A program made the position numbers and the translations under genes. A DNA stretch of 64,000 nt from Macrostomum lignano (taxonomy: Eukaryota), in NCBI GenBank assembly GCA_002269645.1, contig NIVC01000059.1, positions 682,001-746,000 on the forward strand. Direction: 5' to 3'. Positions 24,501 to 38,221 of this stretch are shown one piece after another. Below the pieces are notes generated by a model that was given only the letters and a program-made list of their open reading frames with translations, made no database searches and was not told the origin of the DNA. The first letter of the stretch is position 1, and every line of letters starts with the position of its first letter.

Positions 24501-25212
24501 CACTGTTCCGCAAAATCTGCATAGGATACAATCATTATTGTCACAGGTCACAAAGATAAATTCGCTGCTTCAATGCAGGCTCGAACTGCTGACATCAAAG
24601 CATTCTGCTTAGCTTCTGCCGGATACTGCCTGCCTACTGCGGCTGTTTTGCCTATTGACATGTGGTCGAAATAATCTAGTTTACCAACTTCAGCCGTTTG
24701 AAGTTAACCCCCAGAAATAGGCATTTATCCCTACAACAACCTGAAATTATCCCTGCATCTAATCCCGCAAAAAGACTGCAGTTATTTCTTAGCAGCCGGC
24801 ATCTATCATCCACTTTGCATTCTACAACTTTTACTAAAATTAAGCATGTATACCCTCAGCTCATAGAATTTTCCTCTTAGCAAAAAATATTTCACTTAGC
24901 AGCCCGCAGTAATCCCCTCAACAACGTGTACTTAATATTCCACAGTTAATATCCACTCAAAGCTCAATAGTTAGTTATTACCCTCAGAAGTCTGCCATTA
25001 TCCTCGAATTAGTCCGCAGTTTTCCCTCTCAGCAGTCTGCAGCTATACGCTCATACGTCTGGAGGAACTACCTCAGCAGTTTGCAGTTGTTTCCCCTTTG
25101 CAATCTGCAATGATCCCTTCGACAATCTGCAGTTCCCCTAAGCAGTCTGCAGTCATTCCATTTGCAGTCTACAAGTGTTCAATTAACAATTTTCATTCAT
25201 CCTCTCAGCAGC

Positions 25213-26430
25213 CTGCAGTTCTTCTTTCAGCCGGCACCTCAGCTCCTCAGGAAACTGCAATTTGCTAAGAATTTTACGGCTCACTAATAAATTTTCGATA
25301 CATATCGGCAGTCTTGCAAAACCCAGCATTTTGCAATACCGTCAACAGTTTTTTCAGAATGGTCTGTAGTTTAGCAATTTCATACTTTCATGGAACTAGG
25401 CAATATACCCATTGATGGGATCAGTACACTCGTAATATATGTACTTGAAGCAGTTTTTACAAATCTAATTTGCTTAGCGACTTGTGCTAAATAGCAAAAA
25501 TACATGTAGTTTATTTAGTGTGCCTTGTTAATTAAGCATAAAACTTCCAATTAGTCGAAGCACAAGCTAACAAGTTCAATTTCAATTGTCCGCTGCGAGC
25601 CAGACTCGCACCTGGGACCTTACGCCTATCCTAAACCTGGTCCTAGTGCCTACAGTGCGGCTACTCCGCCTTTTGATCGGAGGGCGACAAAATCAGCCAT
25701 ATATGCTTTGGCACTGCAGTGAAATACACAGCAGTGATAGGCTGCTTAGTGCACGGGTTGTATGCAGGCAGAGCCAATGCGCAGTTAAGTGAAATCTATA
25801 AATTAGATAGATTTAAGTCTGGAGGAACTAATTCACAGTATGCAGTTCTTCTCTGGCCGGCACCTCAGTCCCCTCAGAAAACTGCAATTTTCTCAGAATT
25901 GTACGGCTCACTAATCAATTTTCGATACATATCGGCAGTCTCGGAAAGCTCTGCATTTAGCAATACCTTTAAGCAATTTAGCAGCATTGTCTGCAGTTTA
26001 GTAATTTCGTACTTTTATGGAGCTGGACAATACCCATTGATGGGATCAGTTAAACTCGAAGCAGTTTTAACAAATCAAATTTGATTAGTTGCTTGTGCCG
26101 AGTAGCAAAGAATGAATTGCGAATTAATGAAAAATGTTTCAATTGAAATTAAATAAAAAATGTTTCAATTAGTCCAGGCACAAGCTATAAATTATTGAAT
26201 TATTTGAATTTTTATTATCCGCCGGGGAGGCAGACTCGAACCTTGGACCTTACGCCTAGCCTAAACCTAGTCCTAAGTGCCTACAGTGCGGCTACTCCGC
26301 CTATTGATGGGAGGACAACAAAATCAGCCATATATGCTTCAGAACTGCAGTTAAAATACATAGCAGTGATAGGCTGCTCAGTGTGTAGGCGTGCAGGCGG
26401 AGCCAATGCACAGTTGATTGAGTGAAATCT
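25213..26430. repeat. Imperfect ~625-bp tandem duplication containing a tRNA/SINE-like head (minus strand, ~25590-25670 and ~26230-26300)
   Basis: Shared blocks such as gccggcacctcag...ttttcgatacatatcggcagtc at ~25230 and ~25855; B-box-like GGTTCGAGTC on the minus strand in copy 2. Confidence 0.75.
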
Positions 26431-27295
26431 ATAAATAGCAATTTTCTATGGAGTCCGCCAGTCAGAGCCAGGGTCAGAATGTACACACACAGCCACTGAG
26501 CATTTTTTCTCCTTGCACACTGCAACCAGTATTGAAGCTTACACAGTGGAGAGAGAAAAGTTATGGCGCAATCATAATTGGAATTGGAATTCAGCCAGTC
26601 CAGTCAAGAATTCAAAGTTTGCCCTACCATTAAAAGCATTGGGAAAACTCGTTTTTCGAATATTTAATACCTTTAGCATTAAAGCCGATTAAAGAAATTT
26701 TAACTGTCTTCTTTTCAGATAATTACAAATCTTTTGGCGAAAACGCGATTAAAATTGGTCAATCGGTTCGATCTCTAGAACGTTACACGAATACTAACAC
26801 AAATTCTCTTCGAGTGAAAGTCACACGAAGCAGCTATGACATAATCAAATACTCAGGCAGTCAGCATCAGTCTCAATTAAAGTTAGCAATATGGTTACGC
26901 AATTTCTGTCTTTCAACTTGGCACAGTGTTTTCAACTTGTTGTGATGCAATCTTTATCAGGATCAGAATTCAGCCAGTCAGTTTTTTCTCTAGCATTCTT
27001 ACAATGCATTTCAAGTCAAAAGAGCTGCTTGACCTTTGCAAAAAATCATGTTTTCGAATATTTAATACCTTTAGCATTGAAGCAGACACAAGAAATTTTA
27101 ACCATACAATCCCAGGCTGATTACAAATCTTTTGACGAAAACGCGATCAAAATCGGTGAAGAATTGCAATCTCTAGAGCGTTATGGACAAGCAAGCAAGC
27201 AAGCAAGCATACAAATATTAGAGATTTAGTATATGTAGAAGTCTCTAGAGCGTTATGGACATACAAATATTAGAGATTTAGTATATTTAGATAGA

Positions 27296-27641
27296 CTAGC
27301 TAATTAGAGCTGGCTGCCAGCATCCAGAATAATTTTTTTATTGCCCCCCTTTAAGTGGAGCGGAGTGAGTTTTCTTATCAGTTGGCTCTGGCGCAATCAA
27401 TTAAAATTGACTGTGAAGTTTCTCGCTGATAAAATTTGCATTGAAAAAGGCCATTTAAAACAGTTTTTCGAATATTTAATCCCTTAAGCATTGAAGCAGA
27501 TACAAGAAATTTGAACCATACAATCCCAGGCTGATAAGAAATCTTTTGGCGAAAACGCGATGAAAATCGGTCGAGAATTGCAATCTCTAGAGCGTTATGG
27601 ACATTCAAGCATACAAACCTTAGAGATTTAGTATATTTAGA
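27296..27641 (-). mobile_element. Short Helitron-like unit C
   Basis: Hairpin GCTGGCAGCCAGC plus CTAG at the 3' end (27296); 5' TCTAAATATACTAAATCTC at 27641. Confidence 0.75.
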
Positions 27642-27997
27642 CTAGCTAATTAGAGCTGGCTGCCAGCAGCCAGAATAATTTTTATTGCCCCCCCTTTAAG
27701 TGGGGCCCAGTGAGTTTTCTTATCAGTTGGCTCTGGCGCAATCAATTAAAAATGACTGTGAAGTTTTTCGCTGATAAAATTTGCATTAAAAAAGCCCATT
27801 TAAAACAGTTTTTCGAATATTTAATCCCTTTAGCATTGAAGCAGATACAAGAAATTTTAACTGTCTTCTTTCCAGACAATTTTGAATGTTTTGGCGAAAA
27901 CGCGATGAAAATCGGTGAAGAATTGCTCTCTCTAGAGCGTTATGGACATTCAAGCAAGCAAGCATACAAACCTTAGAGATTTAGTATATTTAATAGA
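27642..27997 (-). mobile_element. Short Helitron-like unit D (tandem copy of C)
   Basis: Same hairpin/CTAG; abuts unit C with no spacer; 5' end A|TC near 27997. Confidence 0.75.
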
Positions 27998-28487
27998 TAG
28001 AAAAGAAGATAGCTCGTACGTATGGAATATGGAAAGGGAACTTCAGCAACGCAAGACGTACACTCATGATGACATTAAATGCTATTACGAAGGTTATATA
28101 ACAAGCTCATGTAGGTTTGCTTAAAAATCTTTTCAGTCCAAAACTATAAAGACTATGAGTTGATTGTTTGCCACTTTCATGTTTTACGGACAGAAAATTG
28201 TCGGACGCCGCCTTGTCAGAGACAAGAGGAGATTGTGAAATACAAAAATGCCGATTGAACTCGTTTCTGGTGGCTTTTCTGGTGAAATAAATAAGTGGTT
28301 TTATTGCATTGACTTCTGAATTGAAAACGAGTAAGCTAACAAAATTAAGCTGCAAAAAGGCTATGGTAGGTAAATACTCGCGCAATATTACTAATACAAT
28401 AATTTATTTTTCAAGCCATAGACATCTAAATCACATTTGCATTAGTGTAGTTGTCTATGGTCTAATGTCCAGATGGCTATGAAATTA

Positions 28488-28705
28488 ATGTCGGCGAAAC
28501 GAGAATCGGCAAAATGATCATGTCGGCGAAACGAGAATCGGCAAAATGATAATGTCGGCGAAACGAGAATCGGCAAAATGATAATGTCGGCGAAACGAGA
28601 ATCGGCAAAATGATAATGTCGGCGAAACGAGAATCGGCAAAATGATCATGTCGGCGAAACGAGAATCGGCAAAATGATAATGTCGGCGAAACGAGAATCG
28701 GCGAA
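28488..28705. repeat. 32-bp tandem repeat (ATGTCGGCGAAACGAGAATCGGCAAAATGATM), about 6.7 copies
   Basis: Period 32 (28488, 28520, ...); no spacers. Confidence 0.95.
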
Positions 28706-28814
28706 ACCCACCCTAGCATAGAGTTCGTGCAGGGTGACGACTTTGCGACTTCTTCACTGCAATGTTTGAAGCGCTACTTGTTGGGAAAGTAAAAATAATC
28801 GACTGGAACTTTGA

Positions 28815-30960
<2,146 letters not shown>

Positions 30961-31499
30961 GCTCTAAGTGTCTACAATGACTGCTACGAGCATAGCTTTG
31001 ATTTTCTACAGATGGGAGCCATTAATCAATTGGACCATGAACTGCAGTTTTTTATTTTCATTTCTAGTAGCTAAATTCAATGCTTCTATATTGTGTGTCT
31101 TTCTACTTACAATGCAACCTAACTACATTAGATTAACTAGATCTACCAGCGTATTTACAAGCTGACAAGGAAAGGAGTATAGAGCTTATTTACTGAAAAA
31201 ATCAATTTAATTAAAATAATCATCAAGTAAAGGTCAAGATAAAACTTTAGATCTGGAAGTAGTCCTTTGGGCATAGCCTTCAGCTACAGCTAGAGCCCAT
31301 AGAGCCTTTCTTTTCGTCCTAGCGTACAGTTGCTGCGTACTTTAAATATAATGAATGTACATAAATGTACATTTAGCCTATGTAGCTAAACTTGTAATTA
31401 TACGCTCGTAGCTTGCTAAATTTAGCATCTGCGTTAGTTCCATGTTCATGAGCCGCATAGAATGTAGTCATATTTGCGAAGGGCGGCTGCATGTGAGTC

Positions 31500-32111
31500 A
31501 GAAGTCAGAAGCTACATGTAGTTTATTCAAAACTTTTTATTATTTGTTGGCTCCTCAGGGGGGGGGTCGCTGATAGAAAAAGCCTCATGTAAAAAATAAA
31601 AGAAGCTTCATGTCGAAGTTAAAAGATTCATTTGGGAATCCCTACGATGTCGAGGCTTGCAGGGAATCGCTATAATTCTGTAGTGCTATAATAACTCTGG
31701 GGAGAATTACTGAAATGTCAACAATGCTTTAGGGTTAGGGTTAGGTTTAGGGTTAGGCTAGGGTTAGGGTTAGGTTTAGGGTTAGGCTAGGGTTAGGGTT
31801 AGGTTTAGGGTTAGGCTAGGGTTAGGGTTAGGTTTAGGGTTAGGCTAGGGTTAGGGTTAGGTTTAGGGTTAGGCTAGGGTTAGGGTCAGAAGGTCGACAG
31901 ATTTTTTTATATTTCAAGGCTTATGGGGGGCATCGCTGAGATGTCAAGGGGGGAAGTTGATATGCATGCTAAGGCTTGTGGGGGAATTGCTGACATGCCA
32001 AGGCTTACAAGGGACTGCTGAGGTATATTGCAAAGAGACGCTACATGTAGTAGTTTATTAAAAAACTTGTGCTGCATTTTTGGCTCCCCAACGGGGGGTG
32101 CTAATTGCTAG
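31500..32111 (+). mobile_element. Helitron-like 3' portion in plus orientation (5' end unresolved)
   Basis: ggctccccaacggggggtgctaattgCTAG|T at 32108-32112 mirrors the 3' end of element B; carries the same satellite. Confidence 0.55.
31729..31885 (+). repeat. Interstitial telomere-like higher-order repeat, 29-bp unit TTAGGG-TTAGGT-TTAGGG-TTAGGC-TAGGG x5
   Basis: Direct parsing. Confidence 0.95.
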
Positions 32112-33139
32112 TCTGTTCTATGTAGCTTATAAGAAACCGCGTTCCCACGCCCATGCTAGTGTTTAAAATAAAATGAGAGACAGTGAAGGCGCTCGCTTCA
32201 CTCTTTTCTCTCGCCCGCTTCTGTGGGCCCAAAGGCATGGCCATTGCCTCGGCTGGGCTGTAGACCGCAGCAGCCTGGGAAATTCGAGTACCGTGCTTCG
32301 AGTTAAATCCTTCGTTATCCAACGTGAGCAGAAGGTACAGGCAGGACACAAAACCATACTGTTACAATGTTCATGTAATAATTTTTCATTAATCGGGGTA
32401 CGATCTAGCATAGAGATGTAGTAGCTTAAGCCTTAGAATTCAAAGAATTGCAACTATGAGCCTACTAAAAAATATGCGATTTATATTTTTCGAAATTTGT
32501 TCACCATTTTGCTGACACTTTATACCGCCCACATATCTACTGGGCAGTAGTATTAGCTGTAAATAGATACTTTTTGCAAAAGACAACAAGTTTGAAAGTA
32601 AAGTAGGTACTTGCTTTTATTAAAAAATCTATAGCTACGTAAAAATTTTAGTTACTGTTGCTGCTCAATTTAATGTTAAGGTATACTGTACCGCGCCCCA
32701 TTAAAACACAATTACGTATCAAATAGAAAGTTAGCGTCTCCAGTAACGTATTTTTAGGCGGTAGTTTTAAGTAACGTCCCTAAGAAGAACCAGTCACTTC
32801 ACTTATGATTCTCCTAGAAACTGGTGTCTACAGAAATGATGAATAAATAATAAATGTACTATATCAAGCATTAAGCATAAGCCTTGCTGTCTGGTTGCTT
32901 ATTGTTGTACAATACTGCAATTCGTTACGCACGTGTTGATGATCAATTTCCAAGAATCTTATGTTGATGCAAATACTCGTAGGTTTAAGTGACCATTCTT
33001 TGTCGAAGGGCTTTGTCGTTATTTTTGTACGACCACTGTACTATGAAGATAGAATTGAATTATCGCAAAAAACAACAAATTTGACGTTACATTGAAGGAC
33101 TCGCATAAGATGCAAGGTTATATGCTGGGAATGACCCTG

Positions 33140-34160
33140 ACAAGGGACTTGCTGAGATGCCAATTGGCTCAAATTGGGGGAGTTGCTGAGATGCCAATTG
33201 GCTCAAATTGGGGGAGTTGCTGAGATGCCATGGCTTAAACTGGGGGAGCTGCTGAGATGCCAAGGCTCAAACTGGGAGAGTTGCTGAGATGCCAATTGGC
33301 TCAAACTGGGGGAGTTGCTGAGATGCCATGGCTCAAACTGGGGGATTTGCTGAGATGCCATGGCTTAAATTGGGGGAGTTGCTGAGATGCCAATTGGCTC
33401 AAATTGGGGGAGGGGGGTTGCTGAGATGCCAAGGCTCAAATTGGGGGAGTTGCTGAGATGCCATGGCTTAAACTGGGGGAGCTGCTGAGATGCCATGGCT
33501 CAAATTGGGGGAGTTGCTGAGATGCCAAGGCTAAAACTGGGGGAGTTGCTGAGATGCCAAGGCTAAAACTGGGGGAGCTGCTGAGATGCCAAGGCTAAAA
33601 CTGGGGGAGTTGCTGAGATGCCAAGGCTAAAACTGGGGGAGTTGCTGAGATGCCAAGGCTAAAACTGGGGGAGTTGCTGAGATGCCAAGGCCCAAACTGG
33701 GGGAGCTGCTGAGATGCCATGGCTCAAATTGGGGGAGTGGCTGAGATGCCATGGCTCAAATTGGGGGAGTTGCTGAGATGCCAAGGCTAAAAATGGGGGA
33801 GTTGCTGAGATGCCATGGCTCAAATTGGGGGTTGCTGAGATGCCAAGGCTCAAACTGGGGAGTTGCTGAGATGCCATGGCTCAAACTGGGGGAGTTGCTG
33901 AGATGCCAAGGCTAAAAATGGGGGAGTTGCTGAGATGCCATGGCTCAAATTGGGGGTTGCTGAGATGCCAAGGCTCAAACTGGGGAGTTGCTGAGATGCC
34001 ATGGCTCAAACTGGGGGATTTGCTGAGATGCCATGGCTCAAATTGGGGGAGTTGCTGGGATGCTAAGGCTCAAAGTGGGGGAGTTGCTGAGATTCCAAGG
34101 CTCGAATTGGGGGAGGGGTGCTGAGATGCCAAGGCTCAAACTGGGGGAGTTGCTGAGATT
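33140..34160. repeat. ~30-bp satellite (GGGGGAGTTGCTGAGATGCCAAGGCTCAAA[C/T]T)n
   Basis: Direct reading. Confidence 0.95.
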
Positions 34161-35067
34161 TTCTTCGCTATTTACTAAATTGTGACAAAAAACAAAGTGA
34201 AAAGTACGTTGAAGGTTGAACTAACAGATATTTTAGTTAGAAAACAAATCTGCAAGCAGTTTAGACAAAAGAAATATTTTATTTGCATAGCCTTCGTAAT
34301 TATTTGCTTTAAAATAAAATCGTTATGATGTTTGTCTTTTTCAAGTTCTAACAATTATGAATAACTTGAAAGCATTGATAATTTTACCAATCATAGATAG
34401 CTGTACTCGTAAACTTGAATAACATTACTTGAAAGTTATTAATAAGGAGAAATTAGATAATAATATCCATAATTAATTATCAATGACCCTTGCACGTCTT
34501 GCAGCAGAGATATGTCACGCTATAACAATTATAAATGATCGAAAATAAGATTAAAAAAACGATACAATTATGTGATAATTGCTGCAGTTATGTTCATTTC
34601 AATAAGGGAAGATCAACGGATTTCAAGGTATGCCAGGCATAAACTAAGATCATAAACTAAGCTAAGGTAATAAACCGCAATTAAACCCCACTAAGGCAAC
34701 TTGTCGATTTTTTATAGAAGCACATTTTATTTGCTCAGCGCTACACTAAGCTTATATTCTTACTTTATCATGGGTGAGAGTCTTGATATAAAACATGCCT
34801 ATAATAAACACATTAAGCAAAAAGTCGACAGCATGAACAGGTAGAAACCAGAAAATCTGCTGCTAAAATATAATGAGACACGCTTCTAATTTCACCTTTG
34901 TTTCAAAAAAGCATGACAAAAAATCCACTAAGTTTACTACTTAAGCAAAGTAGTAGGTTAGAAAGCATTGTTTCATAAATAAATAAATGTGTGTAGGGTG
35001 CTCTGCTACTGTAGATCCAGCCTGGCACTGGCTAAATTAAAGTCTTCTTTCAGTCAATCAATTGTTG

Positions 35068-35132
35068 TCAAGTCTGGGCAGTTTGGCTATTGACGTGCTC
35101 AACAAACTCGTCTATGAGGGAGGGCCAGGCAC
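35068..35132 (-). CDS. DCUN1D1: DCN1-like, last exon
   Basis: Acceptor ttttcag|gt; (G)AWPSLIDEFVEHVNSQTAQT* matches the DCN1 C-terminal GAWPVLIDDFVE motif. Confidence 0.9.
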
Positions 35133-35234
35133 CTGAAAATAGAGTGATTAATTATCAGCTCTTGACATTAGCTTTATTTAAGAAAAAAGCAAATTTTATT
35201 AGCAACTGAAATTAGAAACACTTTGATATCATAA

Positions 35235-35670
35235 TTAACAGGTGCTAGTGACTCACACATGATTATCAACATGTGATGGAGTGACTCAGACATGATTCTC
35301 AACAGGTGTTAGAGTGACTCAGACATGATTATCAACATGTGATGGAGTGACTCAGACATGATTATCAGCAGGTGATGGAGTGACTCAGACATGATTCTCA
35401 ACATGTGATGGAGTGACTCAGACATGATTATCAACATGTGATGGAGTGACTCAGACATGATTCTCAACAGGTGTTAGAGTGACTCAGACATGATTATCAA
35501 CATGTGATGGAGTGACTCAGACATGATTATCAACATGTGATGGAGTGACTCAGACATGATTATCAACATGTGATGGAGTGACTCAGATATGATTATCAAC
35601 ATGTGATGCAGTGACTCAGATATGATTATCAACATGTGATGCAGTGACTCAGATATGATTATCAACAGGT
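35235..35670. repeat. 33-bp intronic minisatellite (GAGTGACTCAGACATGATTATCAACATGTGATG)n
   Basis: Direct reading; each unit contains TGACTCA. Confidence 0.95.
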
Positions 35671-35713
35671 GGTAAACTGATCTGGGAGCTGCTGATGGTC
35701 GCTGGAAACTCAC

Positions 35714-35896
35714 CATTGGGATCGTATTCAGCCAAATTGTCCGGATTGCTAATAAAATCGAAGAACAAATTCCAAGTGTCCCTTGAGATGCCCCGCACTT
35801 TGTTCTCCTGAAGGAACTGGCACCATTGCTTCAGTAGCTTAGCGAACGGACGGCCCTCCAGCAGAAGCTGCCAGTACGGGATGGCTGTGTCTATGG
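35714..35896 (-). CDS. DCUN1D1: DCN1-like exon
   Basis: (A)IDTAIPYWQLLL...ISRDTWNLFFDF...EYDPN(G); cag|cc acceptor, g|gtgagt donor. Confidence 0.92.
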
Positions 35897-35944
35897 CTGA
35901 AAAGGGTGCGCGTCATTGAGACAGTGCACTGCCTTTAGTTGGCG

Positions 35945-36780
35945 GCTCTGGGGTCTGGGAGGCTGGTGGCCCAGCAACTGGGGATCTGGGAGGCTAGTGG
36001 CTCAGCAACTGGGGATCTGGGAGGCTGGTGGCTCAGCAACTGGGGATCTGGGAGGCTGGCCAAGCATTAAGCAACTGAGGATCTTGGAGGCTGGTTGCCC
36101 AGCAACTGAGGATCTGGGAGGCTGGCTCAGCAACTGAGGATCTGGGAGGCTGATGGCCCAGAAACTGGGGATCTGGGAGGCTGGTGGCCCAGCAACTGGG
36201 GATCTGGGAGGCTGGTGGCTCAGCAACTGAGGATCTGGGAGCATACATGCGCAACAGTCGGCCGAGTCGGCCGATCGATTTGGCGGCCAACCAAGGAAGT
36301 CACAAAAATGCCCACCCGAAAAAATACCAAGTAGTAGTACTAAGTAGCTGACGAGGCATTTTGACTTAATAAGACAGTTATAGTTACTCCTGCCGTTTAC
36401 CCAAAGTTGCGTTAATTTTGCGTTAGGGTTTTTTTACATGTAAGTCGCATTTTTGGCCAAAAACTACCAGTACGTCGCATTTTTGTTAAAACTAAGTCGC
36501 ATGGCCGACCGAATTTTGGAGGTTGCGCATGTATGTCTGGGAGGCTGATGGCCCAGAAACTGGGGATCTGGGAGGCTGGTGGCCCAGCAACTGGGGATCT
36601 GGGAGGCTGGTGGCCCAGCAACTGAGGATCTGGGGGGCTGGTGGCTCAGCAACTGAGGATCTGGGAGGCTGATGGCCCAGCAACTAAGGATCTGGGAGGC
36701 TGGTGGCCCAGCAACTGAGGATCTGGGAGGCTGGTGGCCCAGCAACTGAGGATTTAGGAGGCTGGCCTATCTGGGGATCT
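35945..36780. repeat. Two blocks (~35945-36245, ~36535-36780) of a 27-31-bp satellite GGATCTGGGAGGCTGGTGGCCCAGCAACTG
   Basis: Direct reading; same family as 51640-53650. Confidence 0.9.
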
Positions 36781-36802
36781 GAAGGGGCGACAGACGACTC
36801 AC

Positions 36803-37110
36803 CGAGCACCTTAGCATCGCGAGACTCCCTGGCAAAGTTGAAGGTGAAGGCGTACAGATCCCTGAGCTGTTCCCTATTCTGGCCGAGTCCCCGCTCCACC
36901 TGGTTTAGCCTCGGTTTCAGTTTGTCCAGCGAGTCGACGCCCAGTCTGGCCATGCCCCGCACAAATTCTGTCCGGGTGAACTCGCCCTGTACACTGGCGT
37001 CCAGTTGCCAGGCAAGCACAAGGGCAGTGAGAGACACCGGATCGATTGAGGTGTCCTCCAATAGTCTGAAGATACCGCTAGCTGACATTTTGTCCGGATC
37101 TTCGATGGAC
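36803..37110 (-). CDS. DCUN1D1: DCN1-like exon (PONY domain)
   Basis: SIEDPDKMSASG...LVLAWQL...GEFTRTEFVRGM..LGVDSLDKLK...LYAFTFNFA; phases fit both neighbours. Confidence 0.93.
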
Positions 37111-37184
37111 CTGAGTTTGTATTTTATAATTAGAGCAGAGGATTAAGAGATTAACAGAACGATATCGTTCTAAGGCAGTTTTGG

Positions 37185-37830
37185 AGAAAGCGATTTTCTT
37201 GTAAGGTTGAGGGGCGATTTTTTCGTGGGGCTGAGGGGCGATTTTCTTGTGGGGTTGAGGGGCGATTTTTTTCGTGGGGCTGAGGGGCGATTTTTTTCGT
37301 GGGGCTGAGGGGCGATTTTTTTCGTGGGGCTGAGGGGCGATTTTCTTGTGGGGACGTGGGATTGAGGGGCGATTTTCTTGTGGGGTTGAGGGGCGATTTT
37401 TTTTGTGGGGCTGAGGGGCGATTTTTTCGTGGGGCTGAGGGGCGATTTTTTTCGTGGGGCTGAGGGGCGATTTTCTTGTAAGGTTGAGGGGCGATTTTTT
37501 TCGTGGGGCTGGAGGGCGATTTTTTGTAGGGTCGAGGGGCGATTTTTTGTGGGGTTGAGGGGCGATTTTTTTAGGCTTAGGGGCGATTTTTTGTGAGACT
37601 GAGGGGCGATTTTATTGTAGGGTTTAGGGGCGATTTTCTTGTGAGGCTGAAGGACGGTTTTCTTGTTGAGCTGAGGGGCGATTTTATTGTGGGGCTGAGG
37701 GGCGATTTTATTGTGGGGCTGAGGGGCGATTTTAGTGTGGGGCTGAGGGGCGATTTTAGTGTGGGGCTGAGGGGCAATTTTATTGTGGGGCTGAGGGGCG
37801 ATTTTATAGTGATGTTGAGGGCGATTTTCT
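37185..37830. repeat. ~24-bp intronic minisatellite (TGAGGGGCGATTTTWTYGTGGGGC)n
   Basis: Direct reading. Confidence 0.93.
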
Positions 37831-38015
37831 TATGAGGCTTTATTATGTTTTTATTGGATGTTTTGCATTTGACTAGAGAATCTGGAGAAAATGTTGAGAA
37901 CAAAATTTTAGATATTTTATGGACTTTAAAACGCTGTGAATCAAGAGCTCACTGGGAACATTGATCACGCAAGTAGGGTTTATGGCAGGCTACTCAGAAA
38001 ACAAGTCAGACTCAC

Positions 38016-38221
38016 TTATAGGAGTTGAACAGAGCTGTAATTTTTCTAGTGTCAGCACCTGGTTTATCTTCGTACTTTGCCGGGCTGCTATAAAAATCGT
38101 CAACTGCAGCGTCCAACTTCCAGGAATTCTGGCTTAGACAGAAAATGGCAACAGACTCTGAGGCCTCTGTGCATTGGATGAACCTCTGCACCACCTCCCT
38201 CTGGTCGCGGCGTAATTGATG
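38016..38221 (-). CDS. DCUN1D1: DCN1-like exon (UBA domain); the initiator Met must come from an unlocated upstream exon
   Basis: HQLRRDQREVVQRFIQCTEASESVAIFCLSQNSWKLDAAVDDFY resembles human NKLKSSQKDKVRQF...CLSQNDWKLDVATDNFF. The four exons total 762 nt in frame. Confidence 0.92.

Larger units (their letters stand above)
21985..27295 (-). mobile_element. Non-autonomous Helitron-like element B (cargo: 30-bp satellite, 22-bp repeat, duplicated tRNA-like segment)
   Basis: 3' hairpin ggctccccagcggggggc then CTAG directly abutting the TC of element A. 5' end TCTATCTAAATATAC at 27295, with (CTTG)n nearby. Confidence 0.6.

Noticed and set aside
28488-28705. CRISPR-like 32-bp repeats (also the 33-bp array at 35235)
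   Set aside because: Units are contiguous with no unique spacers, there are no cas genes and the context is eukaryotic.
31729-31885. True telomere or chromosome fusion point
   Set aside because: Short, internal, single orientation, variant-rich and embedded in a mobile-element-like context.
35945-36780. Repeated GCTGGTGG (E. coli Chi)
   Set aside because: Chi is RecBCD-specific; it is coincidental within a eukaryotic satellite.
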